Shown in pieces: positions 1-8,075 of a DNA stretch of 33,811 bases; position 1 is the first letter of the stretch; every line of letters starts with the position of its first letter. The notes beneath the pieces are model-generated. The model was not told the DNA's origin and ran no database searches. It worked only from the letters and a program-made list of their open reading frames with translations. The stretch comes from Thermotogaceae bacterium (GTDB taxonomy: Bacteria; Thermotogota; Thermotogae; B21-G9; HyVt-16): assembly GCA_011043375.1 (NCBI GenBank), contig DQYP01000102.1, positions 1 to 33,811 of the forward strand, read 5' to 3'. The translations under genes and the position numbers were made by a program.

Positions 1-111
1 AATTACTGGTACTTTTTATACTTTTCAAAGACTTCAATAATATTCATCTGCTTTTTTTGCTTCATTGAATATCATCACCACTACTAGTTAACACTATCTT
101 TTTATTATTAA

Positions 112-140
112 TTGACTATTCAATAATACCATGAGAAAAT
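112..140 (+). promoter_or_regulatory. Candidate sigma70-type promoter upstream of the MoxR-like gene
   Basis: TTGACT at 112-117, a 17-nt spacer, then TGaGAAAAT (extended -10-like) at 132-140. It lies in the 158-nt stretch that has no credible ORF on either strand. Motif match only. Confidence 0.35.
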
Positions 141-158
141 ATTAGAAAGATTAATGAA

Positions 159-1115
159 ATGGTGATCCAGAAAATGAACATAAAGGCAAACGATTTCAGT
201 TTAAGAATATTGGAGAATATCTCAAAGGTGATTTTCGGAAAAGAGGAGATTCTTCAAAAGGTATTGGCGGCCGTTGTCAGTGAAGGCAACATCTTGTTGA
301 ATGATGTTCCCGGTGTAGGTAAAACCATGCTTGCAAGGAGTTTGGCAATATCTCTGGGTTTAGATTTCAAGAGAATACAATGTACCCCTGATCTTTTGCC
401 AACTGATATAACAGGATTGAACATTCTCGATACAAAAAATGGTGAATTCATATTCAGAAAGGGTCCTATATTCACAGATGTATTGCTCGCAGATGAATTG
501 AATAGAGCAACACCAAGAACTCAATCTGCGCTGCTCGAAGCGATGGCAGAGAAGCAGGTAACCATCGATGGAAAAACCTACAAATTGAGTGATAACTTCT
601 TCGTCATCGCTACACAGAATCCAATAGAATTCGAAGGAACCTTTCCACTTCCCGAAGCCCAGTTGGATAGATTCACACTGTCTTTAAGTGTGGGTTATCC
701 ACCATTTGAGAAAGAAATTGACATGCTAAAAAATATGCTCGAAAGACATCCTATAGAAATTATAAAACCAGTTTCAAGTTCAGAAGAATTGAGAAATATC
801 AAGAGAATTGTTAGAGAAGTACATATCGATGACTCGATAATCGAGTATATAACAAAGATCGTTTTAAAAACCAGATCACATCCAGATCTTGCTGTTGGTT
901 CAAGTCCAAGGGGTAGCATAGCGTTGATGAATATGGCACGTGGTCTGGCGTTCATCAGAGGACGAGATTTTGTTATTCCTGACGACGTTAAAAACGTAGC
1001 TGTTGATGTTTTGGCTCATAGAGTCATATTGAAACCAGAAGCGCGTCTCATGAAACGAACAGCACATGAAATCATTGAAGAAATAATAGCCAATGTGAAG
1101 ATCTTCAGTCACTGA
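159..1115 (+). CDS. MoxR-family AAA+ ATPase
   Basis: 318-aa ORF. Walker A is DVPGVGKT, Walker B is LLADELNRA, and ATQNPIEFEGTFPLPEAQLDRF is typical of the MoxR/RavA family. The start could be ATG 159 or ATG 174; no strong SD precedes either. Confidence 0.9.
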   Translation: MVIQKMNIKANDFSLRILENISKVIFGKEEILQKVLAAVVSEGNILLNDVPGVGKTMLARSLAISLGLDFKRIQCTPDLLPTDITGLNILDTKNGEFIFRKGPIFTDVLLADELNRATPRTQSALLEAMAEKQVTIDGKTYKLSDNFFVIATQNPIEFEGTFPLPEAQLDRFTLSLSVGYPPFEKEIDMLKNMLERHPIEIIKPVSSSEELRNIKRIVREVHIDDSIIEYITKIVLKTRSHPDLAVGSSPRGSIALMNMARGLAFIRGRDFVIPDDVKNVAVDVLAHRVILKPEARLMKRTAHEIIEEIIANVKIFSH

Positions 1116-1117
1116 AT

Positions 1118-1146
1118 TTGACAAATCCAGCCGTAGTTGGTAGAAT
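1118..1146 (+). promoter_or_regulatory. Near-consensus sigma70-type promoter (TTGACA-17-TAGAAT) for the leader and ABC importer operon
   Basis: TTGACA at 1118-1123, an exactly 17-nt spacer, then TAGAAT at 1141-1146. It begins 3 nt after the moxR-like stop codon. Confidence 0.55.
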
Positions 1147-1177
1147 TCTAAAAAATAAAAAGTTCTTGGAGGAAAAA

Positions 1178-1282
1178 ATGCTCGAAGAGGTTATATATTC
1201 AAAGAGAGTAATGATCAATCATATGAATAGTTTCATTAATCGTAACCGTAGAAAAAGCCGGTGGGTGTTTTTGTGTGCTTGA
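1178..1282 (+). CDS. 34-codon leader/small ORF (MLEEVIYSKRVMINHMNSFINRNRRKSRWVFLCA)
   Basis: GGAGG at 1168-1172 sits 5 nt before ATG 1178, and the stop is TGA 1280-1282. The ORF is below the ORF-track cutoff. It lies between the promoter and the terminator. I recognise no similarity to known proteins. Confidence 0.3.
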   Translation: MLEEVIYSKRVMINHMNSFINRNRRKSRWVFLCA

Positions 1283-1304
1283 GTTTATTTTTATACACCC
1301 ACAC

Positions 1305-1341
1305 GGCCATGTCATTTCTAATGATATGGCCGTTTTTTTTT
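1305..1341 (+). terminator. Rho-independent terminator / attenuator 22 nt upstream of the ABC permease start
   Basis: GGCCATGTCAT (1305-1315) pairs with ATGATATGGCC (1321-1331): 11 bp including one G-U, with a 5-nt loop. The stem can be extended by AC/GT. It is followed by G plus T9 (1332-1341). Confidence 0.8.
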
Positions 1342-1363
1342 AGTTGAAAAGGGGGTAGTACAA

Positions 1364-2296
1364 ATGAGGACACATGGAAACTACATTTTCCGGAGAACAC
1401 TTAGAGCCTTATTTACAGCTTTGGGAGTGAGCCTCGTAGCGTTTCTCATATTACACTTGGCACCTGGGGATCCTGTGAAGATAATGTTAGGCCCATACGC
1501 CACTGAGGAAAATGTCAAAGCTTTGAAAGCAAGATATAATTTGGATAAGCCCCTGTACATTCAATACTTTACCTGGATCAAAAATATTTTCACAGGCGAA
1601 TTTGGTACATCTATTAGATACAACAGACCCGTCAGTGAATTGATAAAAGAGAGGATGGGCCCAACTTTGATTTTAACTGGCTCAGGGCTTTTAGTCGCTG
1701 TTATTTTGGGAATTTTATTTGGAACCTTAGCTGCTTTGAAAAAGAACTCGATTTTGGATTATATAACAACCTTCCAAACGATGTTTTGGCTATCGGTACC
1801 TTCATTTTGGTTGGCTATCGTTTTCTTGTACATCTTCGGTCTGAAACTCAGATGGATTCCAATTGCCGGGATGACTTCCTTTTCGTCAACTATATTACCG
1901 ATTATGACAATAGGTTTGAGGCAACAAGCCTGGTTTGCACGCCCTATGAGAGCCGAGATGCTTGAAGTCTTGAGTCAAAATTATATAAAGGCACTGAAGG
2001 CAAAAGGGCTGAAATACGAGAAGATCATTTGGAAACATGCATTCAAGAACGCTTTGATACCAATAATAACAATGGTAGCTCTTCAACTACCTTGGATAAT
2101 AGGAGGAGCAGTTGTTATCGAAGTTGTATTCTCTTGGGGTGGAATGGGTAGTCTATTGGTAGGAAGCGTTCTTTCAAGGGATTATCAAGTGGTGCAAACT
2201 ATCTTGCTGTTCATATCACTTGCGGTTGTTGCTGCAAATTTGCTTGCCGATATACTTTATACACTCATAGATCCAAGGATAAGAATTGAGAGGTGA
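1364..2296 (+). CDS. ABC transporter permease, Dpp/Opp family (DppB/OppB-like)
   Basis: 310-aa polytopic membrane ORF with N- and C-termini typical of DppB-type permeases (ends LIDPRIR). SD GGGGG lies 7 nt upstream of the ATG. Confidence 0.9.
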   Translation: MRTHGNYIFRRTLRALFTALGVSLVAFLILHLAPGDPVKIMLGPYATEENVKALKARYNLDKPLYIQYFTWIKNIFTGEFGTSIRYNRPVSELIKERMGPTLILTGSGLLVAVILGILFGTLAALKKNSILDYITTFQTMFWLSVPSFWLAIVFLYIFGLKLRWIPIAGMTSFSSTILPIMTIGLRQQAWFARPMRAEMLEVLSQNYIKALKAKGLKYEKIIWKHAFKNALIPIITMVALQLPWIIGGAVVIEVVFSWGGMGSLLVGSVLSRDYQVVQTILLFISLAVVAANLLADILYTLIDPRIRIER

Positions 2297-3210
2297 TGGA
2301 AATGACATCCGAAGATCTGTCCTACGAACAATTGAAAAAGGAAATCAAGAGATTAAAGCGAAAAAGGAGTAGTCAAGTAAATCTTGTTTGGAAGAGATTC
2401 ACAAAGAATAGATTAGCTTTGATAGGTTTTATAATGGTTAGTATCGTAATATTCATGGCTATATTTTCACCAATAGTATCCCCCTATGATCCATACAAAA
2501 CGAATCCTCTTGAAAGATTCAAACCTCCTTCAATGAAACATATCTTAGGTACGGATGCACTCGGCAGAGATGTCTTTTCTAGACTTGTATATGGTTCACG
2601 AATAGCCCTTGAAATAGGTGCACTGATCGTTCTGTTCGAAGGAATGATTGGTATATCCTTAGGATTGATATCGGGGTATTTCGGTGGAGTAGTTGATAAA
2701 GTGATAATGTGGTTGGTCGATGTTTTGAGATCTTTTCCAATAGTGGTGCTTGCATTGGCCATAGCAGGGATATTGGGACAAGGTGTGATCAATGTTGTCA
2801 TAGCGCTTGGTACCGTTGGATGGACATCCTATGCTCGAATGGTTAGAAGCAAAGTTCTAACGATAAAGGAATTGGACTACATAGAGGCAGCGAGATCGAT
2901 TGGTGAATCGAACCTCTCAATAATTCTCAGATATGTTTTTCCAAATGTTTTACCAACTGTGATAGTTATGGTGTATCTGATGATGCCAACGGCTCTGATA
3001 GCGAGTGCAACACTTAGCTTCCTGGGACTTGGGGTTCAACCTCCTACGGCAGACTGGGGTTCCATAATAGCAGAGGGAAGGATGTACCTTCTGAAAGCTC
3101 CATGGATATCAACATCGGCTGGTTTCTTTATAATGTTCACAGTTCTGGGATTCAACTTCATTGGAGATGGTTTGAGAGATGCGCTCGATCCGACATCTAG
3201 AAGAAACTGA
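2293..3210 (+). CDS. ABC transporter permease, Dpp/Opp family (DppC/OppC-like)
   Basis: 305-aa membrane ORF whose start overlaps the previous stop. It ends with the DppC-type C-terminus GDGLRDALDP. The functional start may be ATG 2302, which is 9 nt after GAGAGG. Confidence 0.9.
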   Translation: MMEMTSEDLSYEQLKKEIKRLKRKRSSQVNLVWKRFTKNRLALIGFIMVSIVIFMAIFSPIVSPYDPYKTNPLERFKPPSMKHILGTDALGRDVFSRLVYGSRIALEIGALIVLFEGMIGISLGLISGYFGGVVDKVIMWLVDVLRSFPIVVLALAIAGILGQGVINVVIALGTVGWTSYARMVRSKVLTIKELDYIEAARSIGESNLSIILRYVFPNVLPTVIVMVYLMMPTALIASATLSFLGLGVQPPTADWGSIIAEGRMYLLKAPWISTSAGFFIMFTVLGFNFIGDGLRDALDPTSRRN

Positions 3211-3223
3211 GGGGGTAAATTCA

Positions 3224-4207
3224 GTGGGAACATTGCTGGAAATTAGAGACTTAAAGGTGTCTTTCGATACAGAGGAAGGAAAAGTGGAAGCACTGGATGG
3301 GGTGAATTTGAAGGTAAAAGAAGGGGAGTTTCATGCCCTGATAGGTGAAACCGGATGTGGAAAAACAGTAACGGGATTGACTATACTGGGGTTATTGGAT
3401 AACAATGCAAAGATTGAAAATGGGCAGGTCATATACAAAGGAATTGATCTCTTGAAATTAACTGAAAAACAGTTACAACAGCAAATTCGAGGGAAAGAAA
3501 TAACAATGATATTTCAAGATCCTTCCACATCGTTGGACCCTATTTTCACGATCGAGGAACAGATGTTAGAAGCTTTGGAAAATGAGTTGGAATTGACAAA
3601 GGAAGAAAAATTAAAAATAATAACCGAAGAACTCAGAAAGGTCAAATTACCTGATGTCGAAGAACTTTTGAAAAAATATCCACATCAATTATCTGGTGGT
3701 ATGAAACAACGTGTCATGATCGCGATGATGCTGAGTTGTAGGCCTTCATTGCTAATTGCTGATGAGCCAACTACTGCCCTCGACGTATCCACACAAGCAC
3801 AATTTCTAAAGATCCTGGAAGATTTAAAAAGGGAAACGAAGATAACAGCGATATATATCACTCACAATCTCGCAGTGGTTAGTGAGATATGTGATACTGT
3901 ATCCGTAATGTATGCGGGAAGAATTGTTGAAACAGCCTCTTTAAAAGAGATATTCCTAAATCCTCAACATCCATACACTTACAAACTTCTTCACTCTGTA
4001 CTTGGAATTGAAACAGATATTGAGCAACTTCAGGAGATACCTGGCTCCGTTCCAAAGCTGATAAATCCTCCATCCGGTTGTAGATTCCATCCAAGATGTG
4101 AAGAAGCGAAAGATATCTGTAAAACGAAAATCCCGAAATTACAGGAAATTTCTGATGGGCATTTTGTGGCTTGCCATAAGAGGGTGATGGAATGGACAAA
4201 GTGTTGA
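3224..4207 (+). CDS. ABC transporter ATP-binding protein, DppD/OppD-like
   Basis: Walker A GETGCGKT, signature LSGGMKQRV, Walker B LLIADEPTTALD, and the C-terminal oligopeptide-type motif PSGCRFHPRC. I prefer GTG 3224, preceded by GAGGGGG at 3209-3215, over the ORF-track start at 3179, which lies inside the previous gene. Confidence 0.9.
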   Translation: MGTLLEIRDLKVSFDTEEGKVEALDGVNLKVKEGEFHALIGETGCGKTVTGLTILGLLDNNAKIENGQVIYKGIDLLKLTEKQLQQQIRGKEITMIFQDPSTSLDPIFTIEEQMLEALENELELTKEEKLKIITEELRKVKLPDVEELLKKYPHQLSGGMKQRVMIAMMLSCRPSLLIADEPTTALDVSTQAQFLKILEDLKRETKITAIYITHNLAVVSEICDTVSVMYAGRIVETASLKEIFLNPQHPYTYKLLHSVLGIETDIEQLQEIPGSVPKLINPPSGCRFHPRCEEAKDICKTKIPKLQEISDGHFVACHKRVMEWTKC

Positions 4208-5142
4208 TAGAAGTTGAGGACTTAAAGAAACATTATCATACCTCAAAAGGGACTTTAAAAGCCGTCGATGGTGTTTCTCTTGTAATAAGAAAAGGGGAAA
4301 CATTTGGCTTAGTTGGAGAATCTGGTTGTGGAAAATCCACATTAATAAGGACCATATTGAGATTGTTATACCCAACCAGTGGAAAGATAATCTTTGAGGG
4401 AAGAAACATAGCGCATCTTCATGAAAAAGATCTGAAGGATCTCAGAAAGCGAATGGGAATAGTGTTTCAAGATCCACATTCTTCTCTGAATCCACGAATG
4501 ACGATATTTGATATACTCGCAAGACCTTTAAAAATTCATAAAATAGTTAAGAATCGGGATGATATGGTCCTTAGAATAGTTGAGATATTGAAATTGATGG
4601 GACTCCAAGCAGAACACATGATAAGATTTCCACATGAGCTCAGTGGGGGACAAAAGCAGCGCGTAGCAATTGCAAGGGCCTTGATGGTTGAACCGGAGAT
4701 ACTCTTTCTCGATGAACCAACGAGCGCCCTCGATGTTTCAGTGCAAGCCAAGATACTGAAATTACTTGACAAAGTAAAAAAGCAGAGAAACCTTACTTAT
4801 TTTTACATATCCCATGATATAAATTTGATAAGAGTTGTTTCAGATAGAATAGCAGTTATGTATCTTGGAAAGATAGTGGAGTTAGGGGAAAAAGATCTTG
4901 TATTCCAAAAGCCCCTGCATCCATACACAAATGGTTTGTTCAGATCGGTTCCTATTCCAGATCCAGATGTGAAGATTGAGAAAATACCTCTGGAGGGAGA
5001 GGTGCCAAGCCCTGTAAATCCCCCATCCGGTTGTAGGTTTCATCCAAGGTGTGAATTTGCCAAAAGTGTGTGTAAAGGAAAGGAACCAAAGTTAATGAAA
5101 GTAGAAGATGGCAGAATGGTAGCTTGCCATCTTTATCAATAA
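4192..5142 (+). CDS. ABC transporter ATP-binding protein, DppF/OppF-like
   Basis: Walker A GESGCGKST, signature LSGGQKQRV, Walker B ILFLDEPTSALD, and the C-terminal motif PSGCRFHPRC. The start overlaps the end of the previous gene. Confidence 0.9.
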   Translation: MDKVLIEVEDLKKHYHTSKGTLKAVDGVSLVIRKGETFGLVGESGCGKSTLIRTILRLLYPTSGKIIFEGRNIAHLHEKDLKDLRKRMGIVFQDPHSSLNPRMTIFDILARPLKIHKIVKNRDDMVLRIVEILKLMGLQAEHMIRFPHELSGGQKQRVAIARALMVEPEILFLDEPTSALDVSVQAKILKLLDKVKKQRNLTYFYISHDINLIRVVSDRIAVMYLGKIVELGEKDLVFQKPLHPYTNGLFRSVPIPDPDVKIEKIPLEGEVPSPVNPPSGCRFHPRCEFAKSVCKGKEPKLMKVEDGRMVACHLYQ

Positions 5143-5166
5143 AATACTGTTGGGGAGGTCGAAAAT

Positions 5167-6699
5167 ATGAGAGTTTCAAAGACACTGTGGTTTATTTTGA
5201 TCATTTTATTGTTCGTAACAAGCTTCGGTTTTGCCAAAAAAGATACAGTGGTTGTTGCCATGATGCAAGAACCCTCAAAACTTGATCCGATAACTTATCA
5301 AGATACTGTGACTGATATTGTTCTATCGCAGATATGTGATCCCCTAATCGAAATCACAAACGATGGTAATTACACAACAGATGGTTCGATACTTGAAAAT
5401 TATTCCATTTCACCCGATGCAAAAGTTTACACATTCAAGATCAAGAAAGGTATAACTTTTCACAACGGTGAACCTCTAACTGCCGAGGATGTTAAATTCA
5501 CCTATGAATCTTTGATGGATCCAAAACTGGGTTCACCACACAGAAAATACTACGAAGACATTGAAAAAATAGAGATAATAGACGACTACACATTGAAAGT
5601 TTACTTGAAAAATCCAAATGTCATATTCCTTGCAACCGCGCGATTGAGAGGACACGTTTTACCAAAGGATTACATTGAAAAAGTGGGTTGGGATGGATAT
5701 CAACAACATCCAATTGGAAGTGGCCCCTACAAATTCGTGAAGTACATAAAAGGTCAGGAGATAGTTCTTACTGCAAATGAAAATTACTGGGGTAAGAAAC
5801 CGAAGATAAAAAAACTGATATTCAAATTTTATCCAGAATCCGCTTCAGTTGTTATGGCACTCCAAACAAAGGAAGTTGATTACGTCATTGGATTATCAGC
5901 AGAAGATTTTAAAATGCTCAAAGAAACAGCTTCCAATGTATTGAACTTTGGTACATACGCAGAATTCGCTGATCACAGAATAGCGTTCAACAAACGACCG
6001 GACTGTATATTCCATGACGTTAGACTTAGAAAAGCCATTGCACATGCAATAAATGTTGACGAGATCATAGCCGTTTCAAGAGGTGATATGGCTATCAAAG
6101 CAATTGGTAGAATACCTAATTTCCACGCTGCGTTTTCACAGGATGTTCCAACATTCGATTATGATCCCGAAAAGGCTAAAGAGCTGATGAAAGAAGCAGG
6201 CTATCCAAATGGTTTCAAAACAAAAGTTTACGTGGCATCGAGTGCTCAGGAAGCGATTCTCGAAGCTCAAATAATGCAGCAACAACTCAAAAAAGTTGGT
6301 ATTGATCTCGAAATTGTCACCCTCGAATGGGGAATATATCTCGATGTAACGGCCGAAGGTGAAGCACCAATGTTCATTGAAAATTGGCATGCCTCAGGTC
6401 CTTCACCATACAGTTTTGTAGAAATTTGGCATTCAAAATCTGGTTGGAATCCAATCTTTGGAACGTACCACAACCCGAAGGTCGATGAGCTAATAGATGA
6501 GATAAAAGTGACAATAGATCCAAAGAAAAGATGGGAATTGTACAAGGAAGTCCAAAAATTTGCACTCGGTGATGTTGTATGCATTCCTCTTTATTGGCCA
6601 ATAATAGGTGTGGCTTACAACAACGAACTGAATATACCAAAGGAGTTATTCAATGCGTTCAGAATTCCTCATTATCATATAAATGAGTGGAGTTTCTGA
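5167..6699 (+). CDS. ABC transporter substrate-binding protein, family 5 (Dpp/Opp/Nik type)
   Basis: 510-aa ORF with an N-terminal signal/anchor (LWFILIILLFVTSFGFA) and a family-5 SBP-like body (HNGEPLTAEDVKFTYE; ENYWGKKPKIKKLIFK). GGAGG lies 8 nt upstream of the ATG. Confidence 0.9.
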   Translation: MRVSKTLWFILIILLFVTSFGFAKKDTVVVAMMQEPSKLDPITYQDTVTDIVLSQICDPLIEITNDGNYTTDGSILENYSISPDAKVYTFKIKKGITFHNGEPLTAEDVKFTYESLMDPKLGSPHRKYYEDIEKIEIIDDYTLKVYLKNPNVIFLATARLRGHVLPKDYIEKVGWDGYQQHPIGSGPYKFVKYIKGQEIVLTANENYWGKKPKIKKLIFKFYPESASVVMALQTKEVDYVIGLSAEDFKMLKETASNVLNFGTYAEFADHRIAFNKRPDCIFHDVRLRKAIAHAINVDEIIAVSRGDMAIKAIGRIPNFHAAFSQDVPTFDYDPEKAKELMKEAGYPNGFKTKVYVASSAQEAILEAQIMQQQLKKVGIDLEIVTLEWGIYLDVTAEGEAPMFIENWHASGPSPYSFVEIWHSKSGWNPIFGTYHNPKVDELIDEIKVTIDPKKRWELYKEVQKFALGDVVCIPLYWPIIGVAYNNELNIPKELFNAFRIPHYHINEWSF

Positions 6700-6813
6700 T
6701 TTTCAAGGGAGATGGGGGATATCTCCATCTCCTTACAGAATTCAAGCCAGAAAGCCCATCCCTTTTAAGGGATTGGGAGGATGTCAAGATCAATATCATT
6801 GGAGGTTGTAAAG

Positions 6814-7989
6814 TTGAATACAACATCATTGAAAGAAAAGATTTTAAGAGAAGTTGATAACATAACGCAAGAACTATTTGAATTGGCAAAGAAATTGAAA
6901 GAAAATCCAGAAATAGGATTCAAAGAGTATCAAGCTAGTGAATGGATAACTGAAATCTTAGAAAAATATTCCTTTGAAGTTGAAAAAAATATTGGTGGAT
7001 TGGAAACGGCATTCAAAGGAACTTTAAAACTTGGGGCTGGTGGCCCAAAGGTGGCCTTTCTATGCGAGTATGATGCCCTACCAGAAGTTGGTCATGGTTG
7101 CGGTCACAATCTGATAGCAGCTGCAAGTTTGGGAGCCGCAATTTCTCTATCAAGAATTAAAGGACTCAATACCGAGATAATCGTATTTGGTTGTCCGGGT
7201 GAAGAGAATGGTGGTGGCAAGGTTATCTTAGTGGAAAAAGGGCTGTTCGATGGTGTAGACATTGCCATGATGGTCCATCCTTCCACTGAAAACTGCGTAT
7301 ATTCTACTTCATTGGCATTGGATGCGTACGAATTCGAATTCAAGGGAAGAAGTTCACATGCAGCTGGTGCGCCAGAAAAGGGAATAAACGCTCTGGATGC
7401 TGTTATACATTTCTTCAATGGTATAAATTCCCTTAGACAATATTTGAGAGAAGATGTGAGAATTCATGGAATAATATCAGAAGGTGGAAAGGCACCAAAC
7501 GTTATACCCGATAGAGCCGTGGCCAAGTTTTACTTTAGAGCCAAAGATAGAGAATATCTCAACGAAGTCACTGAAAAAATTTTCAACGTTGCCAAAGGTG
7601 CAGCCACTATGGTTGGAGCAAAGGTGGAATGGCGAAAATTCGAGCTTTCGAACGACGATCTCAAGCCAAACAAAACCCTTGCAGAAACTTTTGAGAGAAA
7701 CCTACGCTTTCTCGGGGTTAGTGATATCGTTTCTCCAAAGGAAGGACGTGGCTCAACAGATATGGGGAATGTCAGCCAAGTTGTCCCAGCGATACATCCT
7801 CACTTATCGATAGGTGATAAATCCTTGATACCACATTCACGGGAATTTGCACAGGCTACCATGAGTGTGAATGGTAAAAAATTCATAAACCTTGCCGCTA
7901 AAACCATGGCTCTTACTGCTCTAGATGTTTTAACTGATGAGGAACTCTTCGAGAAAATAAAAAAAGAATTCATGAAAGATTATGATTAA
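6814..7989 (+). CDS. M20-family amidohydrolase/peptidase (AbgB / aminoacylase-like)
   Basis: HGCGHNLIAAASLGAA plus PGEENGGGK motifs typical of M20 amidohydrolases. The ORF-track start ATG 6781 abuts GGAGG with zero spacing. The in-frame TTG 6814 lies 8 nt after a second GGAGG (6801-6805), so I prefer it. The start remains uncertain between 6781 and 6814. Confidence 0.85.
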   Translation: MNTTSLKEKILREVDNITQELFELAKKLKENPEIGFKEYQASEWITEILEKYSFEVEKNIGGLETAFKGTLKLGAGGPKVAFLCEYDALPEVGHGCGHNLIAAASLGAAISLSRIKGLNTEIIVFGCPGEENGGGKVILVEKGLFDGVDIAMMVHPSTENCVYSTSLALDAYEFEFKGRSSHAAGAPEKGINALDAVIHFFNGINSLRQYLREDVRIHGIISEGGKAPNVIPDRAVAKFYFRAKDREYLNEVTEKIFNVAKGAATMVGAKVEWRKFELSNDDLKPNKTLAETFERNLRFLGVSDIVSPKEGRGSTDMGNVSQVVPAIHPHLSIGDKSLIPHSREFAQATMSVNGKKFINLAAKTMALTALDVLTDEELFEKIKKEFMKDYD

Positions 7990-8010
7990 TGTATAAGGAT
8001 GATTCTATTT

Positions 8011-8046
8011 AATCCTTCGACAATAGGTTGTCGAAGGATTTTTTTG
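8011..8046 (+). terminator. Rho-independent terminator after the M20 gene
   Basis: AATCCTTCGACA (8011-8022) pairs perfectly with TGTCGAAGGATT (8029-8040): a 12-bp stem and 6-nt loop. It is followed by a T-run through 8045. Confidence 0.8.
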
Positions 8047-8055
8047 TAGTAAAAT
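8028..8055 (+). promoter_or_regulatory. Possible promoter for rsmA and the sigma54-type activator, overlapping the terminator
   Basis: TTGTCG at 8028-8033, a 16-nt spacer, then TAAAAT at 8050-8055. Motif match only. Confidence 0.3.
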
Positions 8056-8075
8056 ATTCAAGTGAGGCATTCGAT

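Noticed and set aside
3-68. 20-codon minus-strand ORF (MKQKKQMNIIEVFEKYKKYQ) at the left edge
   Set aside because: It is too short, has no SD and no motif, and terminates inside the window, so it is not the start of a longer gene running off the edge.
4069-5056. Near-identical ~35-nt DNA repeat (CCATCCGGTTGTAGrTTyCATCCAAGrTGTGAA) at about 4069-4103 and about 5021-5056
   Set aside because: Both copies encode the same PSGCRFHPRCE motif in the C-terminal domains of the two paralogous ATPase subunits. This is conserved coding sequence, not a mobile or regulatory repeat.
6708-6732. Hairpin GGAGATGG / CCATCTCC after the family-5 SBP gene as an operon terminator
   Set aside because: It is an 8-bp stem with a 9-nt loop and no downstream U-tract (TTACAGAATTC follows). 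It is more likely a transcript-stabilising or processing hairpin, so I treat the M20 gene as co-transcribed.
8028-8075. 5' extension of rsmA starting at TTG 8028
   Set aside because: These codons lie inside the 12-bp terminator hairpin and T-run of the upstream gene. They would also add about 16 residues (the 48 nt from 8028 to 8075) that are not expected before the KsgA GQNFL motif. TTG 8076 with an SD fits better.
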